This document shows, one piece after another, positions 53,147 to 64,000 of a DNA stretch of 64,000 nucleotides (positions within the stretch are counted from its first letter, which is position 1; each line of letters starts with the position of its first letter). This stretch comes from Dehalococcoidia bacterium (GTDB lineage: Bacteria > Chloroflexota > Dehalococcoidia > Lucifugimonadales > Australimonadaceae): positions 394,734 through 458,733 of the forward strand of contig CBDFHJ010000008.1 of NCBI GenBank assembly GCA_965247635.1. The letters run 5' to 3'. Under the pieces are notes generated by a model. It searched no databases. It had not been told where the DNA came from and worked only from the letters and a program-made list of their open reading frames with translations. The position numbers and the translations under genes are program-made.

Positions 53147-54127
53147 TTATGTCGTAGTACTGAAGGGCGCGCCCTGCTGAAGTTGTAGCACCTCCGCCAA
53201 CGCGTCCATGGTTCGCCACGCCGTCGCGGCACCGCCGGGAAGCATGCAGGCAATGTGCTTCACGCCCTGGGCTTCCAGCCGTTGGAGCAGCTCGGCGCAG
53301 GCCTCCGGTGTGCCGGCCACGAAGAGCAGGTCGCATAGCCGCGCCAGCAGGTCGTCCGGGATATCCCCGGGGCCTTCGAACGGCGGGACATCAACGCCCA
53401 CGGCCCGCAGCGCGGCGCTGAACTGTCCCTGCCGCAGCCACAAGTGCAGCCACTCCCTGGCCCGCTCCCTGGCCTGGGCCGCGTCGGAAGCCATGGCAAC
53501 AAGGGTGTAGTGCGTCACCCGGAAGCCGTCCAGCGACCTGCCGGAACGTCGGGCACCGGACTTCAGGTGATGGTCGGCCAGCTCCAACATGCGGTCCTCC
53601 AGGCCAGCCATGAGTGTCGCCTCGTCGCCTACCTCTCCCGCCAGCTCGGTCATGCGCGGCCTGCTAGCCACCACAGCCACCGGCGGCGGCTCGCTGGTGT
53701 GAGTGCGGTGAGTAGACGGCCCGGCCCCTTCATGCACTGACTCCCCACGCAGCAATCGCCGGATGGCCAGCACCGCGTCGCGAACCTCGGCCACGGTGGC
53801 GGGACGCCTGCCGGACGGACGTACGCCGCCGTCTCCGGGCGCCAGCGCCAGCTTTACCCGGCCCGGCGCCAGCTCGTTGAGCGTGGTGACCAGGTCCGTC
53901 AGCACGTAGGGGTGCCGGGTCACCGGGTTAGTAGCGGAGGGGTAGAGGGTGATGCGAGAGGTCTGGGCCGCAATCAACGTAAGCGCCGCAAAGGCGTCGC
54001 GCCCATGCCCTAGGTGGTCCGCCACGCCGACGCCGTGGAAGCCCAAGACCTCGGCCCGCTGGGCGAACCGAACGGTCTCGGCCAAGGACAGGCCCAGGGG
54101 AATGCCAACGTCAACCGTCAGCGGCAC
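53147..54127 (-). CDS. LLM-class (luciferase-like) flavin/F420-dependent oxidoreductase
   Basis: 326 aa. AQRAEVLGFHGVGVADHL N-terminal pattern. Confidence 0.85.
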   Translation of the reverse strand: MPLTVDVGIPLGLSLAETVRFAQRAEVLGFHGVGVADHLGHGRDAFAALTLIAAQTSRITLYPSATNPVTRHPYVLTDLVTTLNELAPGRVKLALAPGDGGVRPSGRRPATVAEVRDAVLAIRRLLRGESVHEGAGPSTHRTHTSEPPPVAVVASRPRMTELAGEVGDEATLMAGLEDRMLELADHHLKSGARRSGRSLDGFRVTHYTLVAMASDAAQARERAREWLHLWLRQGQFSAALRAVGVDVPPFEGPGDIPDDLLARLCDLLFVAGTPEACAELLQRLEAQGVKHIACMLPGGAATAWRTMDALAEVLQLQQGAPFSTTT

Positions 54128-54224
54128 GGTGTCCTCCTGGGCAGCACCCTACCGGCGGCGCCCTGGGAGTGTCAACGGCGGCGCGGGTGGGACCAACCCG
54201 TAAGCTTGTCATTGCCTCAAACCC

Positions 54225-54490
54225 CGCTCGCCCTGAGCCTGTCGAAGGGCAAACGGGTGTCGCTCTGCCCCCTGTCATGCTGAGTGAAGCGAAGCATCTC
54301 TCACTAGCCCTTGCTGAGAGACCCTTCGTCCGCCTGGGGCGGACTCAGGGTGACAGCGTCTCGTTTGTCATGCTGAGTGAAGCGAAGCATCTCTCACCAG
54401 CCCTTACCGAGAGACCCTTCGCTCCGCTCAGGGTGACAGCGATTCGCCTGTCATTCCGAGTCCGCCACGGATGGAACGAGGGATCTAGCA
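54225..54490. repeat. Cluster of family 1 repeats, including a 93-bp-spaced duplicate
   Basis: GTCATGCTGAGTGAAGCGAAGCATCTCTCAC.AGCCCTT.C.GAGAGACCCTTCG occurs at ~54274 and ~54367. It is followed by CTCAGGGTGACAGCG in both cases. Confidence 0.8.
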
Positions 54491-54734
54491 GTCACATTCA
54501 GGAGCACGGCCATCGCTAACGTTGATTGTCCCGCCCACCCCGTTGTACTACGTCTGCTGGGCGAAGCGCCCCGGCGAGGGCTTCACGGCGCTATGTCGTA
54601 ATGAGCGATGGGGACTCCGCATAAGGGTGCAGGGCAAGCCCTGCTTGACGGTGGCCTGCCGCACCCCTACCCTACGTGTCGCCTTGCTGGACATAGCGGT
54701 GCGAGAACTCGTGCCGCGACGGAGGTATCAGGCC

Positions 54735-55193
54735 ATGCCCATCGTTGGAGTCGTTGTCGGCAGCCGAAGCGACGAGCCGGTCATGCAGGAGGCCATGAAG
54801 CTGCTGGAGGAGCTGGGCGTCGACGCCGAGCTGGTGGTGGCGTCGGCCCATCGAACGCCGGCGCGCTTGCGAGAGTACGTGGAATCGGCGCCCGGCCGGG
54901 GTGTGGAGGTGTTCATCGCCGCGGCAGGCGGGGCGGCTGCCTTGCCCGGCGCCGTCGCCGCGCTGACCACGCTGCCCGTCATCGGCGTGCCCCTAGCCTC
55001 CAGCGCGCTTGGGGGCACGGACGCGCTGTACTCCATCGCCCAGATGCCGCCCGGCGTCCCGGTCGCGTGTGTGGCCGTGGGTTCCTGGGGAGCGCGGAAT
55101 TCGGCGGTACTGACGGCTCAGATTCTGGGCCTGAAATATGATAGGATTAAAGAGGCCCACGACGCTTACCGCAAGCGCCTGGGCGAGGCGTAG
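54735..55193 (+). CDS. purE: 5-(carboxyamino)imidazole ribonucleotide mutase
   Basis: Start at internal ATG 54735 with GGAGG upstream. MPIVGVVVGSRSD...SAHRTP...GGAAALPG. Confidence 0.9.
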   Translation: MPIVGVVVGSRSDEPVMQEAMKLLEELGVDAELVVASAHRTPARLREYVESAPGRGVEVFIAAAGGAAALPGAVAALTTLPVIGVPLASSALGGTDALYSIAQMPPGVPVACVAVGSWGARNSAVLTAQILGLKYDRIKEAHDAYRKRLGEA

Positions 55194-55321
55194 TGGCCTG
55201 CTTCCACCGTTCGAGCCAAGACATCCCAGCATCCGGTGAGACTGGGTGCGCGCCCGCCTCGCGTTCGGACACGCGCAGGAGCTTGGAGCGGTCCGTAAGC
55301 AGCTAGGGATAGAGGTCAGTC

Positions 55322-56667
<1,346 letters not shown>

Positions 56668-56671
<4 letters not shown>

Positions 56672-57573
56672 CGATACCGCTACTCGAAACCCCCCTGCCC
56701 AACGTGCTGTACCGCGGCAAGGTCCGCGATACCTTCGACCTGGGCGACGGCCTGCTGCTGATGGTGGCCACCGACCGCATCTCGGCCTTCGACGTGGTGC
56801 TGCCCAACGGCATCCCGGACAAGGGGTATGTGCTGGCCCGGCTCTCCCGCTTTTGGTTCCACCAGACGCAGCACATCGTGCCCAACCACCTGATTGGCAT
56901 GGCCGACGACCCGGAGGCGCTCGGCGCCTTGGCGAACCATCCAAGGGTGCGATCGCTCCCCGCGGAAATCGCACGGCGAGGGATGGTGATCCGTCGCGCC
57001 CAGCGCATCGACGTAGAGTGTGTGGTGCGCGGGTATTTGGCCGGGTCCGCCTGGGCTGAGTACCGGGAGCAAGGCACCATCGGCGGAGGGCCGGCGACGG
57101 CGGGCCTGCGAGAAGGCGACCAGCTCCCCGAGCTGCTGTTCACTCCTACCACCAAGGCCGAGGCAGGCCATGACCTGCCCATGAGCATGGATGAGGTGGT
57201 GGGGATGGCAGGCGCGGAAATGGCGGAACGGCTCAAGGAAACGAGCTTTGCCCTGTTCCGCTTCGCCCACGACCACGCCGCGAAGCAGGGCATCATCATC
57301 GCCGACACCAAGATGGAGTTCGGGACCATCGACGGGCAGCTCACGCTGATTGACGAGCTGCTGACGCCGGACTCCAGCCGCTTCTGGGATGCGGCGGGGT
57401 ACTCGCCCGGCCAAGCGCAGCCCAACTACGACAAGCAGTTCGTCCGGGACTGGTTGCTGGCCTCTGGATGGAACAGAGAGCCGCCTGCGCCGGCCCTGCC
57501 GAAGGACGTGGTGCGGAAGACCCGCGATCGCTACCTGACGGCGCTACGCCGGCTCACCGGCGAGGCGGCCTGA
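56668..57573 (+). CDS. purC: Phosphoribosylaminoimidazole-succinocarboxamide synthase
   Basis: Start at ATG 56668, overlapping the purB stop (ATGA). LYRGKVRDTF, ATDRISAFD, IIADTKMEFG. Confidence 0.9.
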
Positions 57574-57600
57574 CCAGCAGAGAACCTCACGCGCGGATGG

Positions 57601-58338
57601 GTGCATCCCTACCGCCCGCCCACGCGGCGCACGGAGTGGAAAGTGACTGACGAAGAAAGACAGCAGCGGCGGCTAGGCTCGCGCCGGACGCAAGCCCGGA
57701 CCGAGCGTCGCCATCGCGCACAGCATCGTCGAACACGACGTAACCTTTATATCGGGTTCGGCGGCGGCGCCATCGCCTTGGCGTTGATCGCCGGGCTCTT
57801 CCTGCCCTCCGTCCAGCTGTTCAGTGGCAGCAGTCCGAATCCAGACCAGACTGGCACGCCAACTCCAACCAGCGACTTCCCAACCCCCGAGCCGGTGGGC
57901 ACCCTCTTTACCAGCCTGGGCCAGGTGCACGTTCTGGAGGGCACCAGCGTGGAGTACAACTCCACGCCACCAACCTCCGGCCCCCACTACGTCACTCCCG
58001 TGGACTGGGGCGTGTACGAGTCCCAGCAGCCCGATAGAGCGGTGGTTCACAACCTGGAGCACGGCGGCATCAACGTCAACTACAACCTGACGGACGAAGC
58101 GGAGATAGCCGCGCTGCGGACATTCTTGGAGGGCCAGATAACCTTCCCCGGCTGCTTCGTGATGCACCCGTACGCTGAGGTCGCCGAGGGCACGGTCGCG
58201 CTGACCTCGTGGCAGTGGCTTGAGGAGTTCGACGGAGTTGCTACGGCAGGGATGCAGGAGTTCATCAACACCCACATAAACCGTGCGCCTGAGCACTTTG
58301 GCCCCGACTGCGGCTTGGCGCTTCAAATGGACCGGTGA
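57601..58338 (+). CDS. DUF3105 domain membrane-anchored protein
   Basis: Basic N-terminus, one TM helix, then PPTSGPHY...VVHNLEHGGINVNY. Confidence 0.7.
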   Translation: MHPYRPPTRRTEWKVTDEERQQRRLGSRRTQARTERRHRAQHRRTRRNLYIGFGGGAIALALIAGLFLPSVQLFSGSSPNPDQTGTPTPTSDFPTPEPVGTLFTSLGQVHVLEGTSVEYNSTPPTSGPHYVTPVDWGVYESQQPDRAVVHNLEHGGINVNYNLTDEAEIAALRTFLEGQITFPGCFVMHPYAEVAEGTVALTSWQWLEEFDGVATAGMQEFINTHINRAPEHFGPDCGLALQMDR

Positions 58339-58373
58339 CCCTCTCACGAGTGCAGGTCGATGGGAGCGAACGT

Positions 58374-58628
58374 ATGCTGTACACGGCTCGGGTTTACGTG
58401 AGCTTCAAGCCGACGGTCAACGACCCTCAGGGGATGACCATCATGGGCGGATTGCAGTCGCTGGGGTTCAGCGGCGTCCAGGACGTGCGGGCTGGAAAGT
58501 TCCTAACGCTCCAGGTGGAGGCCCCTACGAGGAAGGCCGCCGCGGGCCAGGTTGAGGAGATGTGCCGGAAGCTCCTGGCCAATCCCGTGATCGAGACCTA
58601 CCAATTTGACGTTACGAAGACGGTGTAG
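58374..58628 (+). CDS. purS: Phosphoribosylformylglycinamidine synthase subunit PurS
   Basis: Start at internal ATG 58374. VYVSFKPTVNDPQGMTIMGGLQSLGF...ANPVIETYQFDV. Confidence 0.85.
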   Translation: MLYTARVYVSFKPTVNDPQGMTIMGGLQSLGFSGVQDVRAGKFLTLQVEAPTRKAAAGQVEEMCRKLLANPVIETYQFDVTKTV

Positions 58629-58688
58629 GGTAGCGCCAGAGGCTGCCTATCTCCGTTAGAATACGACGCTGGAGGACCAAAGAACGCG

Positions 58689-59045
58689 ATGGTCGCTATG
58701 GGAGTGGTAGTAGCGGTAACGGCTGGCGGGGTACTACTGAGCGCCGGGATGTTGCTCGAGCAGGGCTGGCTTACCGTCGTGGGGATGCTCGCGATGGCCG
58801 CGATGGTTGTCGGCGGCTTCATCAAGGTCAGCAACCGAAGCTACCAGCCGCCACCGCCTGCATACCGACACCGGCAGGTCCCTAAGCCCGATAACGTGGC
58901 GCTTGTAGGCGTGGTCGGCGTAAGCGCGGCCGCGGTGGTCCTGACGTTCGGCATCTGGCAGGAGCTGGGGTGGGTGACCGTGGCTGGGATGCTGCTGGTA
59001 GGCGCCACCATGGTAGGGGGCCTGGTCAAGGCGAGCAGCCGCTGA
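58689..59045 (+). CDS. Small membrane protein with internal duplication
   Basis: 118 aa. Two similar halves (..LLEQGWLTVVGMLAMAAMVVGGFIKVSNR / ..IWQELGWVTVAGMLLVGATMVGGLVKASSR). Confidence 0.5.
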   Translation: MVAMGVVVAVTAGGVLLSAGMLLEQGWLTVVGMLAMAAMVVGGFIKVSNRSYQPPPPAYRHRQVPKPDNVALVGVVGVSAAAVVLTFGIWQELGWVTVAGMLLVGATMVGGLVKASSR

Positions 59046-59058
59046 CGCCCTCCTAGCG

Positions 59059-59230
59059 TGGTGAGCCAGTCCCGACCTGTCGGGACCCCTCGGGACCTGT
59101 CGGGACATAATCCGCTCATCCTTCGACGAGCTCAGGACGAGCGGATTTTCCCCGTTCGTGGTGAGCCTGTCGAACCATGAACGGGCTCTGCAACTCTCCA
59201 CACATTCATTGAACGGATTAGTGACTCAGG
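59059..59230. repeat. Family 2 intergenic repeat
   Basis: GGTGAGCCAGTCCCGACCTGTCGGGAC...CATTGAACGGATTAGTGACTCAGG. Collinear with 23348..23624 minus one internal module. Confidence 0.75.
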
Positions 59231-59233
59231 TTA

Positions 59234-59836
59234 CTAGCCCGAGATGGTGCCCTTGGTGCTGGGCACTTGCTTTGCCGCGCGAGGGTCCGGCTCCACCGCT
59301 TGCCGGATAGCCTTGGCCAGCGCCTTGAAGGCTGCCTCCGCCATATGATGGGGGTTGACCCCGCTCAGCACCCTGACGTGCAGCGTGATGCGGGCCTCCA
59401 CGGCGAAGGAGTGGAGGAAGTGCCGCACCAGCTCGCCCGACAGGTCGCCGACACTTTCGCCGCTGATGCCGAGCTCCAGGACCGCGTAGCCTCGGCCGCT
59501 GACGTCTACCGCCACCTGGGCCAGCGCCTCGTCCAGCGGCACCAGCGCCCAGCCCATGCGGCGAATGCCCGTCCCGTCGCCCACCGCCTCCTGAAAGGCG
59601 CGGCCCAGGAGGATGGCCGTGTCCTCCACCGTGTGGTGCCAGCCGGTGAGGAGGTGGTCGCCCTTGGCGGAGACCTCCAGATCAATCAGGCCGTGGCGGC
59701 AGAGCTGGGCCAGCAGGTGGTCCAGGCCCCCGTTACCGGTGTCCACCTTGGCCTGGCCAGTGCCGTCCAGGTTGAGGGTGACGGAGACTTGGGTCTCGCC
59801 GGTCTGTCGCTTAAGGGTTGCGGTGCGGTCGGTCAT
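59234..59836 (-). CDS. hisB: Imidazoleglycerol-phosphate dehydratase
   Basis: 200 aa. RQTGETQVSVTLNLDG, HHTVEDTAI, HHMAEAAFKA. Confidence 0.9.
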   Translation of the reverse strand: MTDRTATLKRQTGETQVSVTLNLDGTGQAKVDTGNGGLDHLLAQLCRHGLIDLEVSAKGDHLLTGWHHTVEDTAILLGRAFQEAVGDGTGIRRMGWALVPLDEALAQVAVDVSGRGYAVLELGISGESVGDLSGELVRHFLHSFAVEARITLHVRVLSGVNPHHMAEAAFKALAKAIRQAVEPDPRAAKQVPSTKGTISG

Positions 59837-59911
59837 AATGGCTATCCCTGAGGGTTGATCCTACTGGTTCTTAAGCTTAGCACTCGTTTTCAAGTGGCGA
59901 AGAGCTCACTC

Positions 59912-60568
59912 CTAATCTAGTCTGAAGGAGTTGATTATCGTATCGCAGGTATCTACGTGCGCATCGTACTGTTCCGCTAGCGCTGAGCAGGTCAACTGAT
60001 ACCAGCCTCCCTTTGCATTAAGCACAACAAGCCGCTGCTTCTGGCCGGCAAAGCTGAACCCGCTCCCTGATGGCCAGCTAAGAACCCACTCGTGTCCGTC
60101 CTCCCCATTCACCGTCGTGTCCGTGTCACTCACCAGCGCCCCTAACGCCTGGTAAGGTCCGTTCACCAGGTCTGTCAAAGACGCCAGGCTCATATCACCG
60201 TACGGTGGGACCATCACCACGATGTTCTCTTGAAAAGCATCCACAATGGAGTCCCTAAACCCAGTGTAAAACTCCACTTCCTCATCTATGCCTTCAGGGG
60301 AGTACTGCACCCACCCCTCGGGGTGCCAGAAGCGAAACCCGTACTCCTCGTTTCGATAAACAGCCCATCCTTCCAGAGGTTCGTCCCGAGAAAAGCCGCC
60401 AGGTGAGGGCGTCGGTGTAGCGGTGGGTGAAGATGTCGGTGTAGCGGTGGGTGAAAGCGTCGGCGTCGCGGTGGGCGAAGGTGTCGGTGTTGCTGCCTCG
60501 CCACAAGCAACTACAAGGAATAGGGTTAGTCCCAAGGTAATCGCCATGCCGGCTACTCTCTTTAGCAT
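59912..60568 (-). CDS. Putative lipoprotein with Pro/Thr-rich linker, embedded in the his operon
   Basis: MLKRVAGMAITLGLTLFLVVAC-GEAATPTPSPTATPTLSPTATPTSSPTATPTPSP, then a ~150-aa domain. Confidence 0.65.
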   Translation of the reverse strand: MLKRVAGMAITLGLTLFLVVACGEAATPTPSPTATPTLSPTATPTSSPTATPTPSPGGFSRDEPLEGWAVYRNEEYGFRFWHPEGWVQYSPEGIDEEVEFYTGFRDSIVDAFQENIVVMVPPYGDMSLASLTDLVNGPYQALGALVSDTDTTVNGEDGHEWVLSWPSGSGFSFAGQKQRLVVLNAKGGWYQLTCSALAEQYDAHVDTCDTIINSFRLD

Positions 60569-60608
60569 CTAAGTAACCTTTCTGGGAACGGGATGAAATG
60601 CAGGCCAC

Positions 60609-61706
60609 TTAGCGCGCTAGGACCGCCCCCAATGCTTCCAGCAACCTGTCGGTGTGCTCTGGCTTGCCCACGCTGACGCGGATGAAGTCGCTGAGCCGAG
60701 GGTCGCTAAAGTATCGCACAAAGACGCCGCGCCCGGCCAGGCCCTCGTACACGGCGGCGCCCTTGCCCTCCGGGGTCTGGCACAAGATGAAGTTGGCGTC
60801 CGACGGCCACGGGGTGACTCCAGGCAGGCTACCGAGCAGGCCACGAATGCGCTCGCGCTCACCCACCAACCACCCGACGCGCTCCTGGAGCACGGCCATG
60901 TCATCGAGGGATGCCAGTACCGCGGCCTCGGCCGCCTGGCTCACGCTGTACGGCGGCTTCGTGCGAAGCAGCAGCCCGGCGAGCTCAGACGCCATGAGGC
61001 CGTAGCCCACCCGCAGCCCGGCCAGTCCGGCCCACTTGCTGAAGGTGCGAAGGACGATGAGGTTGGCGTAGTCGGGCACGAGGGTGGCCGCCGATTCGCC
61101 GCCGAACTCGTGGTACGCCTCGTCTACGATGACGACCAGCCCGGTCTCCACCAAGCGCCGGATATCGGCCAGCGGCGTGGCGTTGCCCGTGGGGTTGTTC
61201 GGCGAGGCGAGGAACACGGCCTTGGCGTGTTGGGCGGCCTCCAGCACCGCCGGCACGTCCACGCGGAACCGGTCGTCCCGGGGCACGTTCAGCACGGTGC
61301 CCCCACGTACCTGGGCGGTGAATCGATACATATCGAAGGTGGGTGTGCAGTCGATGATAGCGTCACCGGGGGCCAGCAAGGCGACCAGGAGCAGGTCGAT
61401 GAGCTCGTCGCTGCCGTTGCCCGCCACGATGTGTTCTGGGCTCAGGCCGACGTAGCCACCGATGGCCTCTCGCAGCGTCACCTGGCGGGGGTCGGGGTAG
61501 ATGTGCACGCGGTCCAGGCCGGCCAGCGCCTCTCGGACCTTGGCCGACGGGCCGTACGGGTTTTCGTTGCCGTTGAGCTTGACGACCTCGGACTCCGGGA
61601 CGCCGGCGCGCTGGGCCAGCACCTCGGGCGGGTCCACCGCCGTGTAGGCGTCCAACGCCAACAGGTGCGGCCGCACCAGCGACATGGCGTCTCGTATCCT
61701 AGCCAC
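60609..61706 (-). CDS. hisC: Histidinol-phosphate aminotransferase
   Basis: 365 aa. LNGNENPYGP, and TFSKWAGLAGLRVGY (PLP lysine). Confidence 0.9.
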   Translation of the reverse strand: MARIRDAMSLVRPHLLALDAYTAVDPPEVLAQRAGVPESEVVKLNGNENPYGPSAKVREALAGLDRVHIYPDPRQVTLREAIGGYVGLSPEHIVAGNGSDELIDLLLVALLAPGDAIIDCTPTFDMYRFTAQVRGGTVLNVPRDDRFRVDVPAVLEAAQHAKAVFLASPNNPTGNATPLADIRRLVETGLVVIVDEAYHEFGGESAATLVPDYANLIVLRTFSKWAGLAGLRVGYGLMASELAGLLLRTKPPYSVSQAAEAAVLASLDDMAVLQERVGWLVGERERIRGLLGSLPGVTPWPSDANFILCQTPEGKGAAVYEGLAGRGVFVRYFSDPRLSDFIRVSVGKPEHTDRLLEALGAVLAR

Positions 61707-63021
61707 CAGACCCCTCCTTGGGCGCGGCCTGACCCTCCAGGCGCAGCTCCATGGCTCGGGCGTGGGCCGTCAGTCCTTCGGCCATGCCCAACGCCATGGC
61801 GGAAGGCCCCAGCTCTCGCATCTGCTCAGGGCTCAGCGACACCACCGGCACGTGCTTTAGGAAGTGGTGGACGCCCAGGTAAGAGGCGAAGCGCGCGGAG
61901 CCGCCCGTGGGCATGGTGTGGCTGGGCCCAGCCACGTAGTCGCCGATGACCTCCGGCGAGCTTTCCCCCACGAAGATGCCGGCGGCGTGTTGGATGAGCC
62001 GGACGTACTTGGCAGGCTCGCGCACCAGTAGGCAGACGTGCTCTGGCGCAAAGGCGTTGGCCAGGGCGATCGCTTGCTCCGGCGTGTCCACCACCACCGC
62101 GACGCCCTGGCCGTCTATCGCGGCGCGAGCAATCGCCTTCCGGTCGAGGGTGGTGAGCTGACGCTCGACCTCCGTGGTCACCCGCTCGGCCATCGCCGCG
62201 CTGGTGGCGAGGAGCACCGGCGACGCCATCTCGTCGTGCTCCGCCTGCGCCAGCAGGTCCGCGGCGCACAACGCCGGGTCCGCCGAATCGTCGGCTATCA
62301 ACACCGTCTCGGTGGGGCCGTACAGCCCATCGATGTCCACCACGCCGTACACCTCGCGCTTGGCCAAGGCCACGAAGATGTTGCCGGCACCGCAGACCTT
62401 GTCCACCTTTGGCACCGATTCTGTGCCGAAGGCCATGGCGCCGATGGCCTGGGCGCCGCCGATCTGAAACAGCCGGTCCACTCCGGCGATACGGGCCGCG
62501 GCCAGGGTCGCGGGGCTGGGGTCTGGCGTACACACCACCAACTCGCGCACCCCGGCTACTTTTGCTGGAATGGCGTCCATCAGGACGGCGCTGGTGAGAT
62601 CACGGGGTATGTACACTCCTACCCTCTCGAGCGGTACGATGGTCTCGCCGTAGCCCTGCGCGTCGTCTCGCCACGCCTTGGGCATGGCGGCCTGGTGGAA
62701 GTCGCGGATGCGGCGGGCGGCGGTGTGCAGAGCGGCGGTCAGGTCGCTCGGCAGCCCCTGCTCGGCGGCAGTCCAGCGCTCGCGGGGCACCTCCAGAGAC
62801 GCCAGGTCCTGACCGTCGATACGTCGGGCGTAGTCGCGGACGGCGGTGTCGCCGCGCTCACGGACGTCGGCCAGGATGCGGCGGACCCCTTCCACGGCGG
62901 ACAGCGGCGCGCCGAACAGCTCGGCGTTGCGGCGCTCCACCGACGGCGGGACGTTGGCTTCAAAGCCGGGCCGGCGCTCCAGTAGCGCCCTGCCCTGCTC
63001 GTATCCGTGCACGATGCGCAT
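61699..63021 (-). CDS. hisD: Histidinol dehydrogenase
   Basis: Start set at ATG 63021 (MRIVHGYEQG...). Contains AGPSHTMPT and AEGLTAHA motifs. Confidence 0.9.
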   Translation of the reverse strand: MRIVHGYEQGRALLERRPGFEANVPPSVERRNAELFGAPLSAVEGVRRILADVRERGDTAVRDYARRIDGQDLASLEVPRERWTAAEQGLPSDLTAALHTAARRIRDFHQAAMPKAWRDDAQGYGETIVPLERVGVYIPRDLTSAVLMDAIPAKVAGVRELVVCTPDPSPATLAAARIAGVDRLFQIGGAQAIGAMAFGTESVPKVDKVCGAGNIFVALAKREVYGVVDIDGLYGPTETVLIADDSADPALCAADLLAQAEHDEMASPVLLATSAAMAERVTTEVERQLTTLDRKAIARAAIDGQGVAVVVDTPEQAIALANAFAPEHVCLLVREPAKYVRLIQHAAGIFVGESSPEVIGDYVAGPSHTMPTGGSARFASYLGVHHFLKHVPVVSLSPEQMRELGPSAMALGMAEGLTAHARAMELRLEGQAAPKEGSGG

Positions 63022-63091
63022 GTGGTTGCGTCCTAGTTTCTTTCGGCTAACGCTACTCGTCCCACCCACTCCGCCCACGGCCCGTCCCCCT

Positions 63092-63184
63092 GTCACCCTG
63101 AGTCCGCCTAAGGCGGGCGAAGGGCCTCTCGCTCGTTAGCCCTGAGAGATTCTTCGTCCCGATTTATCGGGGCTCAGAATGACA
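63092..63184. repeat. Family 1 palindromic repeat
   Basis: GTCACCCTGAGTCCGCCTAAGGCGGGCGAAGGGCCTCTC...GAGAGATTCTTCGTCCCGATTTATCGGGGCTCAGAATGACA, between hisG and hisD. Confidence 0.8.
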
Positions 63185-63190
63185 GAAGGA

Positions 63191-64000
63191 TCACCCTAGC
63201 CCCAGGGCGGTCAGCAGGTCGTGGTAGGCGCGGCTCTCCTGTCCGAAGACGTAGTCGGCCTGAGAGACAGTGACGGAGACGCCGCCGATGGCCCGGAAGT
63301 GGTCCACCACGGCGCCCAGATCGGCCTTGCTGACGAAGACGGTGACGGCGTGCCACGGGCGACCATCTGGCGCGAAGACGCGGGCCACCGTCGGCCCTTG
63401 GAGTCCCGCGGTCTCCGGCCGTTCCAGCACCTTGGCGGCCACGGCCTCCTCCGATTCGCCCTGGACGTTGGCGGTGATGCGGTAGTAGCCGCCAGCGTTC
63501 TGGTGGGCCTCGATGCGCTCGACCACCTCGCGGGTCGCCTCTAGCTTCTCAGGGTGCGCCTTCAGCAGACGCCGGTTGCCGATGAGGCACCCCTCGGAAG
63601 CGAGGATGGTGCCGTCGTCCAGGCGCTTCAGCCGGTTCTCTCGGAGGGTCACGCCGCTGGCCGTGATATCCGCGATGAGGTCGGCGTAGCCCATGGCGGG
63701 GGCGGCCTCCAGGGTACCGGTGACCAGCACCAGCGTGAAGAAGTTCACGCCGTGGCGGAACAGGAAGCGCTGGACCAGGCGCGGGTACTTGGTGGCGATC
63801 CGCAGCTCTCGGCCGCTCTCGCGGAACTCCACCGCCAGGTCCGCCAGGTCCGCCATGGCGGAGACGTCGACCCACGCGTCGGGCACGGCCGTGACCAACT
63901 CGCACTGTCCGAACCCGAGGCCTTCCATGATGAGCAACGAATCGCCGTCTTCCAGCCGGTGCTCGCGGTACCGGTCGAGGCCCACGATGGCCAGGTCGGT
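63191..64000 (-). CDS. hisG: ATP phosphoribosyltransferase, long form (N-terminus beyond the window end)
   Basis: The frame stays open to position 64000. Catalytic-domain C-terminal part plus a HisG_C regulatory domain (...GLQGPTVARVF...VTVFV...). Confidence 0.85.
   Translation of the reverse strand, partial: TDLAIVGLDRYREHRLEDGDSLLIMEGLGFGQCELVTAVPDAWVDVSAMADLADLAVEFRESGRELRIATKYPRLVQRFLFRHGVNFFTLVLVTGTLEAAPAMGYADLIADITASGVTLRENRLKRLDDGTILASEGCLIGNRRLLKAHPEKLEATREVVERIEAHQNAGGYYRITANVQGESEEAVAAKVLERPETAGLQGPTVARVFAPDGRPWHAVTVFVSKADLGAVVDHFRAIGGVSVTVSQADYVFGQESRAYHDLLTALGLG

Overview
High-GC bacterial chromosomal window. Taxon cannot be established without a database search; Pro/Thr-rich lipoprotein linkers, leaderless promoters and the repeat families would fit a Chloroflexota-like genome, but that is a guess. 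Three zones. (1) 1-11.9 kb is a catabolic-looking accessory cluster: two tandem Rieske oxygenase alpha-subunit paralogues, three alpha/beta hydrolases, two MFS transporters, a DUF1905 protein and a Gfo/Idh/MocA oxidoreductase, with thiI embedded. (2) 11.9-36.4 kb is heavily rearranged. Two 1545-bp IS3-family copies in direct orientation bracket a 6.7-kb phage packaging-module remnant carrying three toxin-antitoxin-type modules. Next come an APH(6)-like kinase gene with an in-frame TGA and a DUF1801 gene. Two 1368-bp IS256-family copies lie in inverted orientation, and their flanking 8-bp target duplications show that 27480..35006 has been inverted. The inversion split a large PPC-repeat lipoprotein gene. 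The inverted segment carries an M20 peptidase, an aspartase/fumarase-family lyase, a membrane-anchored Clp_N protein, tRNA-Met(CAT), a lipoprotein and a ferritin-like protein. (3) 36.4-64 kb is housekeeping: nrdR-nrdJ, pdxA, proC, yggT, DUF167, padR, degV, guaA, purD, purE-purB-purC-DUF3105-purS and hisG-hisD-hisC-lipoprotein-hisB. It is interspersed with at least three families of short palindromic intergenic repeats. Three further genes carry ORF-disrupting lesions (SBP, DUF427, APH). No CRISPR array, rRNA, integrase or reverse transcriptase was recognised. The best candidates for something new are the three-gene hicA-hicB-HTH module and the PPC-repeat lipoprotein; neither is established. 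Many long ORFs in the track are antisense shadows typical of high-GC DNA and are not called.
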